Shown here: positions 50,180 through 62,946 of the stretch, one piece after another
How positions within the stretch are numbered: the stretch's first letter is position 1
How the letters are laid out: each line of letters begins with the position of its first letter
Notes under the pieces: model-generated
Told to the model about the DNA's origin: nothing
Databases searched by the model: none
Seen by the model: only the letters and a program-made list of their open reading frames with translations
Source: Okamejei kenojei
Taxonomy: Eukaryota
Assembly (NCBI GenBank): GCA_035221665.1
Contig: CM069154.1
Span: 6,200,001 to 6,264,000 of the forward strand
DNA: 64,000 nt
Direction of reading: 5' to 3'
Position numbers and translations under genes: made by a program

Positions 50180-51110
50180 TGGTAAGCAGAATAAGATCAT
50201 CTTTCACCCCATCAGCCGTCGCACACAGCATATAATCCTCCAAAATGTTCGCCACCTAAAACGGGATCCCACAACTAGCCACATCTTTCCATCTCCACCG
50301 CTTTCTGCTTTCCGAAGAGACCGTTCCCTCCTTAACTCGCTGGTCAACCCGTCCATCCACCCCCCCCCCCTCCCAAAAAAAAAACCCCATCCCCTCCCCA
50401 GGTACCTTCCCCGACATCTGCAGGAGATAGATCACCTGTCTGTATACCTCCTTCCTCTACTCCGTCCAAGGACTCCAACAATCTTTTCGGGAGAGGGTTC
50501 ACTTGCATCTCCTCCAAGCTCACCTACTACATCCGCTGTTCCAGGTGTGAACTACTATATATCGGCGAGGCCAAGCGCAGACACGGCGATCGTTTCGCTG
50601 AACAACTCCGCTCAGTCAGCCTCGGCCTACGCTACTTCCCAATTGCCAAACACTTTAATTCCCCCTCCCATTCCCAAGCGCACCTTACTGTCCTGGACCT
50701 CCTCCACTGTCCAAAGTAAATAGGAGGAAAAGCACCTCATATTTCGCTTGGGCAGCTTACAGCCCATCGGTTTGAATATTGACTTCTCTAACGTCAAGTA
50801 ACGCTTGCTTTACTCCTGTCCCCAGCCCGCCCCATCCTAGTTCTCCAATTAGTTGCACTGTCATCCTGATTTTCTTTTACTTATTGTATGCCTCGTTGTC
50901 ACCTTCCCTTCAGTCGACAATAATTAATTCTACCTTTTCTTTTCACCTTTAATCACTTGCTTTCACTCCTTACCTTTCCATTTATCTTCTGTCTCCCGTC
51001 CCATGACTCTCAGGCTGAAGAAGGGTCTCGACCCGAAACGTCACCCATTCCTTCTTTCGAGAGATGCTGCCTGCTCCGTTGCGTTACTTCAACATTTTGT
51101 GTCTATCTTA
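50180..51110 (+). mobile_element. Penelope-like element fragment
   Basis: GIY-YIG-coding sequence (ctatatatcggcgaggccaagcgc) and a hammerhead-bearing tail. Confidence 0.8.
51015..51042 (+). ncRNA. Minimal type I hammerhead ribozyme motif in a Penelope tail
   Basis: CTGAAGA-A-GGGTC TC GACCC-GAAAC-GTC: CUGANGA core, helix II, GAAA core, palindromic ACGU helix III and GUC site. Confidence 0.6.
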
Positions 51111-52364
51111 AAGGGATCGTAAGTTGTTTGCCACAGCAGAGATGGTTAAGTGTGTGTAGACATGTAATGGGGGAAATGGAACTCAGTGCATTGTGGTGAC
51201 GGGTCTGAAATCACACTTGAGAGGTTCCAACGTCATCAGGAAGTTAATTCTACACTTTTAAATTGTGTTTACAACTGAGGGGGAAGTCAGGATTGTGGAC
51301 TCATTATGGCAGTTCAAACCTTCCCTGCATTTGTCCAACTCAACTATGTCGCAAACCCAACAATTCCCTGGAGTCTGAGACTGAACCACTGTCCTCGCTC
51401 TATCCACCCACCTCCAACTCTCTCTCCATCCACTCTCCGATCCGCGGACCAGTCGTGCTGAATTGTAAAGGGCGAGACGCGGTCATTGGGAATAAAACCT
51501 GTCCCCGAAAAGAAGCGGAACATTGGTCTCCCAATTCAGTTTAGTTTATTGTCACGTGTACCGAGGTACAGTGAAAAGCTTTTTTGTTGCGTACTGAGCA
51601 GCCAACGGAAAGACAATACATGATTACAATCGATCCTCTTACAGTGCGTAGATACAGGAAAAGGAAATAACGTTTAGTGTAAGGCAAAGCCAGCAAGGTC
51701 CGATCAAGGATATTCTGAGGGTCATCAAAGATGTAGATAGGAGTTCAGCACTGCTCTCTGGATGTGGTAGGATGATTCAGATACCTGATCACAGCTGTGA
51801 AACTGGCCCCGAATCTGGCGGTGTGCGTTCTCACGCTAGTAACGCTCTCCAGTAAGGGACCCGTTTTATTGTAACCCGTCCGTAATCTGTCCTCAGTCAG
51901 GGCATTGTAAAGGCAGTGGCGGCGGTGAATCTCTAAACACGGGTCCGGCCCAGTGTCGGTTGAGGGATGAATGTTGGCAACGCCGCCGGCGGCACCGCCA
52001 ATGAAATAGCAAAGTGGGCTATTTCTGTAGGGTGAGAGGCCGGGCACAGCCTGGGATTGTTGAAAGGCAGCTCCTGCAACACTGCCGCGCTCCCTCAGCA
52101 CCGCACTGCGATCCCAGCCCAGTTTCTGCTCAGGGACCTGGAGTGGGAAGTGAACCCAAATTGTACTGACCCGCGGACAGAACACTGACACAACTGGTAA
52201 AATAACAGCACTGCCTGCACTTCAGACCGGAGACATTGACCGTGAAGCAATATGACACATCATGGAACGATTTAAGTTTTCATGCAAGTAATCTTCAAAA
52301 TGTATCTATTTCCATTAAACAGTTCATTTGCTCTCCATCTGAAAGTTTTTCCTCTCCATTTCAG

Positions 52365-52679
52365 CTGCAGTGTGGGGAAAGAGTAATGTAACAGGGGTTG
52401 TGGGAAGAGCGATCACAATCGATTGTCACTATGAAGCAGAGCACCGCTCACACACAAAATACTGGTGCCGTGGGAGGAGTCGCCAATGTACAGATATGGT
52501 GGAAACAAATGGGCAACACGGACGGAGTGGAAGAGTGTCAATCACCGATATACCGGCACTAAGAATATTTACTGTATCTGTGGAAGATCTTCACTCTGAA
52601 GATACAGGATGGTACAGCTGTGGAATTGCAACATCTGCCGACCATTCAATGTGCAACGTACATCTCCAAGTATCTGACG
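52365..52679 (+). CDS. Gene 3 V domain 3 exon
   Basis: ctctccatttcag|CT GCA GTG TGG...GAC G|gtacga; KYWCRGRSRQC, DTGWYSCG; extra Cys in HSMCNV. Confidence 0.85.
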
Positions 52680-53254
52680 GTACGATTATCAGTGATTGAC
52701 TTGACGTCTCCCCTTAAATGCCTAATCCATGTTTTCTCCGGGAAGGGTCAGGGCAGCACCGATATCCCGAGGCTCCGCAGCAGTGCAGAGACCTGCGGGG
52801 AGCGGGCGGGGGTCGGGAAACCCCAACTCATGTTGCTCTCACCAAGTGCGGGCTCTGTCCCACTGAGCGGCCACCCACTTCAACTGGGATGCTCAGCACA
52901 TTCCCTGCCTCTGAACTGTATGAAACATCACCCTGTCAGAGGTTTGTATTCCGACTCAAACTAATAATCCGACAGATCAGTGAGAAACAAGTGTTGCTCG
53001 CGGTCTGAATACCCCGAGAATAATGAACAAGGAATCAGTCCGCAGAGTTCAACAGACAGCGTTCAGTCCTCCCGGGGCAGGCCCGTCCGCTTCCCGCCCC
53101 CACCTCAGGGATCAGTCACTCCCTCCCCACCCCGCGCTCTCTCGCTCTCTCCCTCTGCCCCGTCAATGCGCCCCCACTGCCAGCAGCCACCGTCCACCCA
53201 CCGCCCGGCAGCCAGCCAGCCACTCCACCCGGACATCTTCCCGGTGGTAAACAG

Positions 53255-54190
53255 AATGAACTCATCTTTCGTCCCATCAGCCGTCGTACACACCATATAA
53301 TCCTCCGACATTTTCGCCACCTACAACGGGATGCCACAACTAGCCACATCTTTCCATCGTCACCGCTTTCTGCCTTCCGAAGAGACCGTTCCCTCCGCAA
53401 CTCCCTGGTCAACTCGTCCTTTCCCACCCAAACCACCCCGTCCCCATGTACCTTCCCCTTCAACTGCTGGAGATGCAACACCTGTCCCTATATCTCTCCC
53501 ATCTACTCCGTCCAAGGGCCTCAACAATCTTTTCGGGTGAGGCAGAGATTCACCTGCATCTCCTCTAACCTCATCTTCAATATCCGATGTTCCAGGTGTG
53601 AACAAGCGGATATAGCAGATGGGAGACCAAGCGCAGACTCGGCGATCGTTTCGCTGAACAACTCCGCTCAGTCTGCCTCGGTCTTCGCTACTTCCCGATT
53701 GCTAAGCACTGTTATTCCCCCCTCCCATTCCCAAACTGATCTTTCTGTCCTAGACCTCCTCCAGTGTCAGAGTGAGGCCAAAGGCAAATTGGAGGAACAG
53801 CGCCTCATATTTCGCGTGGGCAGCTTACAACCCAGCGGTTTGAATATTGACTTATCTAACTTCAAGTAACCCTTGCTTTACTTCTGTCTCCATCCCGCCC
53901 CCAACCGAAGCTTCCAATTAGTTTCACTGGTTTCCTGATTATGTTTTACTGATTGTCTGCCTCGGTGTCACCTTCCCTTCAGCTGACAATGATCCATTCT
54001 ACATTTTCCTTTAACATTGTCATCTTTGATCACTTGTTTTAACACCTTACCCATCCATTTCTCTTCTGTCACCCCGAACATGACTGTCAGGCTGAAGAAA
54101 GGTCCCGACCCGAAACGTCACCCATTCCTTCTCTCGAGAGATGTTGCCTGCTCCGCTGATTTACTCCAGTAGTTTGTGTCTATCTTAAAG
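53255..54190 (+). mobile_element. Penelope-like element fragment
   Basis: ORF 53537-53869 ending KLEEQRLIFRVGSLQPSGLNIDLSNFK. Confidence 0.8.
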
Positions 54191-55103
54191 CGATCGTGAT
54201 TAGTTCACGCGTTTAAATTTCAAAGCATTGGATAGGGTTATTGGCACGCTGGTCTTCATCAGTGAGAACATTCAGATCATAATTTGGGACAATATGCTTC
54301 AGATGTGCAGATGTTGAGTCCACACTTTGGGAATTGTGTTCAGCTTTCGTTCCACAGCTCCAAGAAAAGTGCCTTTGAGGTGGACGACGCTGCCTGGGCA
54401 GGATGGAATTGACACGGGGAGCGATTTGACAAACTCAGACTACAGTCCTTGGTGTGGAAATGATTGAGCGAGTAACTTATAGAAATGTATCAATCATGAG
54501 AAGCATATTCATTTTCCCACGATGTGTGGAATCAAAAAGTGGAGGACAGACGCAATGGGAACTATTTAAAAGGGGGGAATAGTAAGGAGCCATTGACCGT
54601 AATGGCATGTTTTGCACAGATGAGTGGCCGAAGCTGAACACAATTCGCCCAAGTTCGACCTCATCAACATATGTACAACGGAAACAAAACATCCCAACTT
54701 ATGTTCTGAGGGACAACATTTTCCACACATTGGGTAATATGTACATGGAACCTGCTGCCAGGGGGAATTTGTAGAGGCATTAAGAATAACAGCATTTCAA
54801 ATAAATGTTGGATATTTGCGTAGATTGGGATCATTGCGAGTGATAAATGAGAAACGCGGACATATGGAAATGTTCTAGAAACACATGTTGGTCGGCATTA
54901 ATGAGCTGTTATGATGGGCATCTTTCGGTTCCCTATAACTCAAACCTTCTTCGGTTTCTGTGCTTCGCACACTCATAGAGATGTAGACGAGCCGATGAGA
55001 TATCACCCGGCTCGTCGGGCTGAGATAAAGGGCTGCTGAGATTTAGCATTGTTTGTTTTTAACTGTTCATACAGGTGACTGAATGTTTGCTCCATTCCCA
55101 CAG

Positions 55104-55424
55104 AACCCGTGTCTGCTCCTCTGCTCAGATATCTGTCACCAGCAAATGCCTCACGTCTCGGAGGCTCAGTGTCAGTGTCGTGTGAGTCTGTCCGTGGATC
55201 CCTTCCCATCCAATACACATGGTTTGAGAAGAACGAGTGTTGGGTGTCATCGATCTTGAAAAGCAATCAACTGGATCTGAGTTGTGAAATCCTCAGATGT
55301 GAACACCTTCGATATTACTGCACAGCCTCAAATAATCGTGGGACAAAATCCAGTGAAATAGTCAAGGTGAAAGTCTTCAAAGGAGCAGGAACGTGCAGTT
55401 ATGTGACAGAAATGAACAATGCAG
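55104..55424 (+). CDS. Gene 3 divergent C2-type Ig exon (C2b)
   Basis: tccattcccacag|AA CCC GTG...GCA G|gtgagt; VSCESVRGSLPIQYTWF...YYCTASNNRG; clearly more diverged than the other three C2 exons. Confidence 0.88.
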
Positions 55425-56124
55425 GTGAGTGTTCCTCTCATGTCACTGAACCTGCTGTTATTCACCTTGTGGTGATGTTCGTGGATTTATTGTTAGTTGC
55501 AGACGGCATCATTTCAGCCACCGTGAGCTTATGGTGTAAAATGCGAGAGTGTGTTTGGGGGACTGGCAAATAATTGCCTGTTGCTTTCACCTGGGAGGTG
55601 TTGAGTTTCGAAAGGAGAGAAAGGCCTGCACTTATCACAACGGGTTGAGTGCATTCCATCAAATTCCTGCCTTCTGCCTTAAAAATGATTTTCTGGCTGC
55701 CGCTTAATGTCTCACAGTCTGAGACAGAGAAAGCAACCAAATGCATTATGTTTGGAACCATCATCATTTATTACCAAGGATGTACAATTTCATGATCATG
55801 TTTATGATATTTACTCTGTTAATTTGTGTTAAACTCCAGTAATTTCACAAAATTAAAGTGGAATCTACTTGGCCGTCACTCCATCAAGTATACCCCTTAC
55901 TCTTCGCCATTCACACCCACATTGGCTGGGAAGCGCTTTGGAACGACCTGTGCAGATGGTGAGGGACTGTGTACAGTATCTGACTCTCATCGCAATCTAG
56001 GTGGAATTCTACAGTTAAGAAAATCATTAGGCGGACTCCCCTGTACTCATTGATGTATACTATAATGTATATGTTTGTGAAAGGCTAATTTTGCTCTTCA
56101 ATTTATGAAATATTTTTCCTTCAG

Positions 56125-56442
56125 TTTCAGGTGCACTGTGGGCAGAGAGCGAAGTACGAGGGGTTGTGGGAAGAGCGATCTCAATCGATTGTCACTATGC
56201 AGCAGTGTACCGCTCACACATAAAATACTGGTGCCCTGGGACAAGTCGCCAGTGTACACATGTAGTGGAAACAACTGGGAAACATGGACAGAGCGGAAGA
56301 GTGTCAATCACAGATAACCCGGTACGAGGAATATTTACTGTGACTGTGGAGGATCTTCACTCTGGAGATACAGGATGGTACAGTTGTGGAATTGCTACAC
56401 CTGGCGAACCAACATTTAAAGTACATCTCCAAGTATCTGAAG
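56125..56442 (+). CDS. Gene 3 V domain 4 exon
   Basis: tttttccttcag|TTTCAG GT GCA CTG TGG...GAA G|gtaggt; KYWCPGTSRQC, DTGWYSCG; alternative acceptor at 56130. Confidence 0.88.
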
Positions 56443-57075
56443 GTAGGTTTCAAATCTGGTAAATTGTGAGGAGAAGGAGCAGCGAAGACTTACACGGATG
56501 TTGCGATGACTTGAGGGCCTGACATACAGGGAGGGGTTGAGCAGATTAGGACTTTATTTCTTGGAGCGCAGGAGGAAGAGGGATAATCTTATGGCAGGTA
56601 AAAAATCATGCGAGGAATAGGTCGATTAAACACACAGAGTCTTTTGCCCAGAGTAGGGGAATCGAGAACCGGAGGACAAAGTTTTAATATGAGGGGGGAA
56701 AGATTTGACAGGAATCTGGGGAGTAACGTTTTTACACAAAGGTTTGTAGGTACATGAAATGAACTGCCGACAGAAGTAGTTATGGCAGATACTATCGTAA
56801 CATTTACGAAAATATTGGACAGGTACCTGAATAGGGTATGTTTGGAGGGTTAAGTGCCAATAAAGGGCAGGTGGAACTAGTGTAGATTGGGCATGTTGGT
56901 CAGCGCGGGCAGGTTAGACCGAATGGACTGTTTCTACGCTGTATGACTCTATGATTCTATGTAGATGGATGGGTCAGATTCCAACCTGGCGGCTCTGGCA
57001 GGTATGATGGATATTGGCGAGTGTTTGATTTTCAGATGTTCACCCAGTGTCTGACTGTTTGCTCCTTTCCCACAG

Positions 57076-57396
57076 AACCCGTGTCTGTTCCTGTGCTTGG
57101 ATTTCTGTCACCAGCCAATGACTCCTGTCTCGGGGGCTCAGTGACAGTGTCCTGTGTGTCTGTCCGGGGATCCCTTCCCATTAGCTACAGCTGGTATGAA
57201 AATACCTCATCTGGGGATTCAAAGATCTCAGACCAAAATGCCCTGGATCTACATTGTCAATCCTTCAAACACCAGCACCATCAATATTACTGCACAGCCT
57301 CCAATAATAATGGAACAAAATCCAGTGAAATGGTCAACGTGTCCATCTCCAGCAGTGGCGTGCCCGGCAGTTTTCTAGTGAAAATCAACGGCACTG
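57076..57396 (+). CDS. Gene 3 membrane-proximal C2 exon
   Basis: ctttcccacag|AA CCC GTG...ACT G|gtaagt; close paralogue of the gene 1 and gene 2 C2 exons. Confidence 0.9.
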
Positions 57397-58690
57397 GTAA
57401 GTAGTGGAGGAAAAGAGGAAAAGAACGGGAAGTGGGGTGGGGCGGTTTATCAGATCACAATTGATAGAAGCAGAAATAGACCTTTCAATTATGACTCATC
57501 TATCGTCCCATCTTCACCCCACTCTCCTGTCTTCTCCACATAACCCCGACACCCTGAAATCCATGCACGTTATTTAATGAACTTATCAATATTAAAATTA
57601 TGGTTGATTGCCCATCTGTCAATACTTGGTTGCTGGGCTCCAGGAATAGATTCCCCAGTGCTGGTGGAGGGCAGATTCCTGGCTAGAACTTCCTTCTTAT
57701 GTTTACACAGTTTTAAACTAAGTTTGCAGTGACATCGGTCCAAGCACTTTCACTTTCCCGCCATCATCTCCACATGACCGACACTCAAATATGGGAAGGG
57801 AACAGAAATTATCCGTAAATGTAGCCACAGTTAAATCCTCGAGGACTGTGTCAGCGTTGGTCCGCTGTGTTAATGTTGGCCATTAAGTAGCATCGATACT
57901 AATCCCATTTACCAGCCCCTCACCCACAGTCTTCTCAGACTTGACAATTCAAGTGTCTTCACCGTCTAGGTTTAAAAATATTCCTTGCTCAGATACCCTC
58001 CAAATATTCTACTCCTTAACCCAACCCTATGTTCTCGACTTCTACGCACATCTGCTGTGCTGATGTCCCACAAAGTACCCTATCTATGTTCCTCATAGCT
58101 TTACACACCTGTAATAGGTTCCCCCTTCTTTTCCTGAGTGGATTATAATCCCCATCTATCCAACCTCTCCTTCGAACTGTAATATTTCATCCCAGGCACT
58201 ATCCCTCGCATGCAATCACATCCTTTAGTTTAGTTTAGAAATCCAGCGTGGAAGCAGCTGCCTTTAATCGGTAAACTAATTCCATCCTACTCACTAGGGA
58301 CAATTTACAGAAGGCAATTAACCTAAAAACCTGCACGTCTTTAGAATGTGGGAGAAACCCGGACCACTTGAATAAAACCCTCGCGGTCACATGGAGAACA
58401 TACAAACTCCGTGCAGACAGTACCCGTAGTCAGGATTGAACTCGGGTCTCTTGCGCTGTACGGCAGCAACTCAACAGCTGGGCCACTGCGCCGCCCTACT
58501 GTTGGCGACCTGAGTTGTAACCAGTGGTCCAGCTTATCATGCCAACATCTCCCACTTGCTGTAAATTACACTGAAGAAACATTGCCCTGTCAATTAAACC
58601 TATAAACTCCTTACATCGGACAAACATGCTCTCTTGTTCAACTGCAAGTGAATAGCAGTGAAACGAATTTTTATTTCCTTGTTCCAACAG

Positions 58691-58739
58691 GACTTGAATA
58701 TTCTTGTGAAACTTCGAAAAGAACCAATTATTCTTCAAG
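58691..58739 (+). CDS. Gene 3 stalk micro-exon
   Basis: gttccaacag|GA CTT GAA TAT TCT TGT...TCA AG|gtaaac; GLEYSCETSKRTNYSS; phase 1/2. Confidence 0.8.
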
Positions 58740-58974
58740 GTAAACTACACTGTTTCCAATGAAAGGTGCCATCTACTAATTGCTGGTGTTTTGATTGGGA
58801 TTGCTTCAATTGGGAGAAAGTTGTGTCTTCCGTTCACTGGCATTAAAGGCCCTTGAGAGCATTGGTCTGAATGCACAGTGACACAGCCAGTGAAACCACA
58901 GCCTAACAATGCCAAGACCTTGAACTTAGGTGCCGTCTATGCGTGTTCTGCAAATTTCGCCTTTCATTGTGTTG

Positions 58975-59775
58975 GAAGGAACTGCAGATGCTGGTTTAAA
59001 CTGAATATGGGCACAAAAAACTGAGTAACTCGGCGGGTCAAACAGCACCTTTGGAGAAAAGGGATAGGTGACGTTTCGGTTGAAGTCCCTTCTTCAGAGT
59101 GGAAAGGGAAAAGAGAGCGATATCGACGGTGATATAGAAAGATATAAAACATTGAATGATAGATATGCAACAAAAGTAACGGTGATGAATGAAACGATTC
59201 ATTGTTAGTTGTGGACTAGGTGAAAACGAGTTGTACGGACAATGAGACATTACAAGACAACACTGAAATTCGTACAATGACTAGGGTGGTGGAGGGACGG
59301 AGAGAGAGGGGATGCAAGGGTTATTTGAAGTTATAGAAATCAATATTTATACCGCTTGGCTGTAAGATGCCCAAGCAAAATATGTGGCGCTGTTCCTCCA
59401 ATTTCCATTTGGCCTCACTCTGGCAATGGAGAAAACCCAGAATAGACAAGTCAGTGTGGGAATGGGAGGGGGATTTAAAGAGTTTAGCAACTGGGAGATC
59501 ATATAGTCCCAGGCAGACTGAGCGTATGTGTTCAGTGAAACGATCGTCCAGTCAACGTTTGGTCTTGCTGACGTATACGAGTCCACACCTGATACAATAG
59601 ATGAGGTTCCATGCGGTTCAAATGAACTCTGCCGAACCTCAAATGACTGTTGAGCTCCTTGGACTGTCGAGGGAGGAGTTATAGGGACAGATGTTGCATT
59701 TCCTGTAGTTGAATGGGAAGGTACCTGGGGAGAGGGTGGTTTGGATGGGTAAGGATGAGATCACCAGGGAGGTAT
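58975..59775 (-). mobile_element. Penelope-like element fragment
   Basis: Reverse complement of the same GIY-YIG and tail sequence. Confidence 0.75.
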
Positions 59776-60169
59776 AGGTCATAAGGTCATAAGGGATAGG
59801 AGTAGAATTGGGGCATTCAACAGGGAACGGTCTCCTGCACACCACCTGGCATTCAAATACACTTGAACCATCTCCAAAACCTCCCTCCACTTTCTCGATC
59901 ACACTGTCTACATCACAGGAGATAGACTATCGGTGGATGTCTATTATAAACTGACTGACTCCCACAACTATCTAGACCACACTTCTTCTCACAGGATTTG
60001 TGTAAATGTGGTTGATGGTCAGCGCAGACCTGAAGGGCCAAATGACCTGTTTCCATACTGTGTCTCTCTATGGATCCTATGAGGCCAAATGTCAGAAAAC
60101 ATAACCAATGCTATTGCATGTCTTCAAGCCTGACACCAAAAGATAAATTTATCTCTTAAACATTCTTCT

Positions 60170-60580
60170 AAACAAGAGTTTAGAAGAATGAGGGGGGACC
60201 TCCTTGAGACATACATAATAGTGAAAGGCTTGGATAGAGTGGATGTGGAGAGGGTGTTTCCACCAATGGGAGAGTCTAGGATTAGAGGACATAGCCTCAG
60301 AATTAGATGTTCTTTTTAGGAAGGAGATGATAAATATCTTCAGTTCAAGGGTGGTGAATCTGTGGAATTATTTGCCACAGAATGCTGTGAAGGCCAAGTC
60401 AGTGTACACATTTAAGGCAGAGATAGATAGATTCTTCTTTCGTACAGGTGTTGGAGGTTATGAGGAGAAGGCAGGAAATGGGGTTAGGTGGGAGAGAAAG
60501 ATCAGTCATGATTGTATGGCGGAGTAGACTTGGAGGCAATTGGACCTAATTCTGCTCCTATTCCTTATGACCTTATGATC
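60170..60580 (+). mobile_element. CR1 3' fragment
   Basis: SSRVVNLWNYLPQ; ttatgaccttatga tail. Confidence 0.75.
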
Positions 60581-60726
60581 TTATTCTATAATAATATAAG
60601 TTTATAACTTGCAAACCAGATATTAGTTAACTCATCAGAAGGGAAATTGAACTTGTTTACATCTCATTGTGTCGTGTATCTGCTAGGGTTATAAGAACAG
60701 GATCCTCCATTTGTTGCCATTCATAG

Positions 60727-62505
60727 CCAATACAGGCTGAAAAGATGAAGTACGAGGGAAAGCTGGCCAGGAATATAAAGAAGGACAGTAAAAGCTTATT
60801 TAGATATGTTAAGGGGAAAAGAGTAGCAAAATCAGATGTGGGTCCCTTGAAGGCAGACACGGGTGAAATTATTATGGGGAACAAGGAAATGGCAGAGGAG
60901 TTGAACAGGTACTTTGGATCTGTCTTCACTAGGGGAGACACAAACAATCTCCCAGAAGTACTGGAGGACAGAGGATCAAAGGGGGTAGAGGAACTGAAAG
61001 AAATTATCATTAGGAGAGAAATAGTATTGGTTAGGCTAATGGTACTGAAGGATGATAAATCCCCTGGGCCTGATGGTCTGCATCCCAGGGTCCTCAGGGA
61101 GGTGGCTCTAGAAATAGTGGACGCATTGGTGATCATTTTCCAATGTTCAAAAGATTCAGGATCAGTTCCTGTGGATTGGAGGATAGCTAATGTTATTCCA
61201 CTTTTCAAGAAAGGAGCAAGAGAGAGAAAACGGAAAATACAGACCAATTAGCCTGAATTCGGTGGTGGGAAAGATGCTGGCGTCAATCATTAAAGAGGTA
61301 ATAATGGGGTATTTGGATAGCAGTAAAATAATTAGTCCAAGTCAGCATGGATTTATGAAAGGAAAATCATGCTTGATAAATTTTCTGGAATTTTTTGATG
61401 ATGTGACAAGTAAAATGGATGAAGGGGTGCCAGTGGATGTAGTGTATCTAGACTTTCAGAAAGCCTTTGATAAGGTCCCGCACGGGAGACTGGTGACTAA
61501 AATTAGAGCACATGGTATTGACACGGATAGAAAATTGGTTGGCAGACAGGAAGCAAAGAGTAGGAGTGAACGGGTCCTTTTCAGAATGGCAGGCAGTGGC
61601 GAGTGGAGTGCCACAAGGCTCGGTGTTGGGGCCGCAACTGTTTACCGTATATATTAATGATTTGGAAGAGGGAATTAGGAGCAACACTAGCAAGTTTGTG
61701 GATGACACAAAGCTGGGTGGCAGTGTGAACTGTGAAGAGGATGTTAGGAGGTTGCAGGGTGAACTGGACAGGTTGAGTGAGTGGGCAGATGCGTGGCAGA
61801 TGCAGTATAATATAGATAAATGTGAGGTTATCCACTTTGGTGGCAAAAACAAGGGGGCAGATTATTATCTCAACGGGGTTAGGTTAGGTAAGGGGGAGGT
61901 ACAGCGAGACATGGGTGTCCTTGTACACCGGTCACTGAAAGTCGGCGTTCAAGTACAGCAGGCCGTGTAGAAAGCTAATGGAATGTTGGCCTTCATAACA
62001 AGAGGATTTCAGTATAGGAGTAGAGAGGTTCTTCTGCAGTTGTCTGTTAACACCACATCTGGAGTATTGTGTGCAGTTTTGGTTTCCTAATTTGAGGAAG
62101 GACATCCTTGTGATTGAGGCAGTGCAGCGTAGGTTCACGAGATTGGTCCCTGAGATGGCGGGACTGTCATATGAGGAAAGATTCAAAAGACTAGGTTTGT
62201 ATTCACTTGAGTTTAGAAGGATGAGGGGGGGTCTTATAGAAACATATAAAATTATAAAAGGAAATTATAAAAGGAAATTATAAAAGGACTGGACAAGCGA
62301 GATGCAGCAAAAATGATCCCAATGTTGGGCGAGTCCAGAACCAGGGGCCACAGTCTTAGAATAAAGGGGAGGCCATTTAAGACTGAGGTGAGAAAAAACA
62401 TTTTCACCCAGAAAGTTGTGAATTTGTAGAATTCCCTGCCACAGAAGGCAGCGGAGGCTAAATCACTGGATGGATTTAATAGAGAGTTAGATAGAACTCT
62501 AGGGT
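60727..62505 (+). mobile_element. CR1 LINE ORF2 fragment truncated at both ends
   Basis: KSPGPDGLHPRVL, YRPISLNSV, LDFQKAFDKVPH, GVPQGSVLGP; lacks the normal 3' UTR. Confidence 0.9.
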
Positions 62506-62946
62506 ATATCTAATATATGGTGATTGCTGGTCGATGCAGATTTGGTGGGCCGAAAGTCCTGTTTCCATGCTGTATCTCTAAAATAAAATAAATTAAACTA
62601 AATTAAACTAAACTAAACCAAACTCGGCAGAACTAAACTAAAGTAATCATTGATATTAAAGTGTAACAGTTCCCATTCATTGTTTATGAAGGAGAAGGGA
62701 GGGTTCCTTAATGGTTGGATGCAATAGCTCTTGAACCAGTTTCACGATCGTTGGTCAATGTCACCTTACTGTGAGCAGATTAACTGCTGCATTACACACC
62801 AAAATAAATTCTACACTTCATTTCCTTTGCTGCACACTTCAAAAAAATCATGAAGGGTGCCATATAAATGCTTGACTTTTGTTCTTTACTGAAGGCCAGT
62901 AATCAATAATGAGCCATAACACCCTTCCCTATTCTCTGTCTGGCAG

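Noticed and set aside
6837-56442. V exons as rearranging Ig/TCR V segments
   Set aside because: Each includes its G strand and ends in a GT splice donor; no heptamer/nonamer signal was seen.
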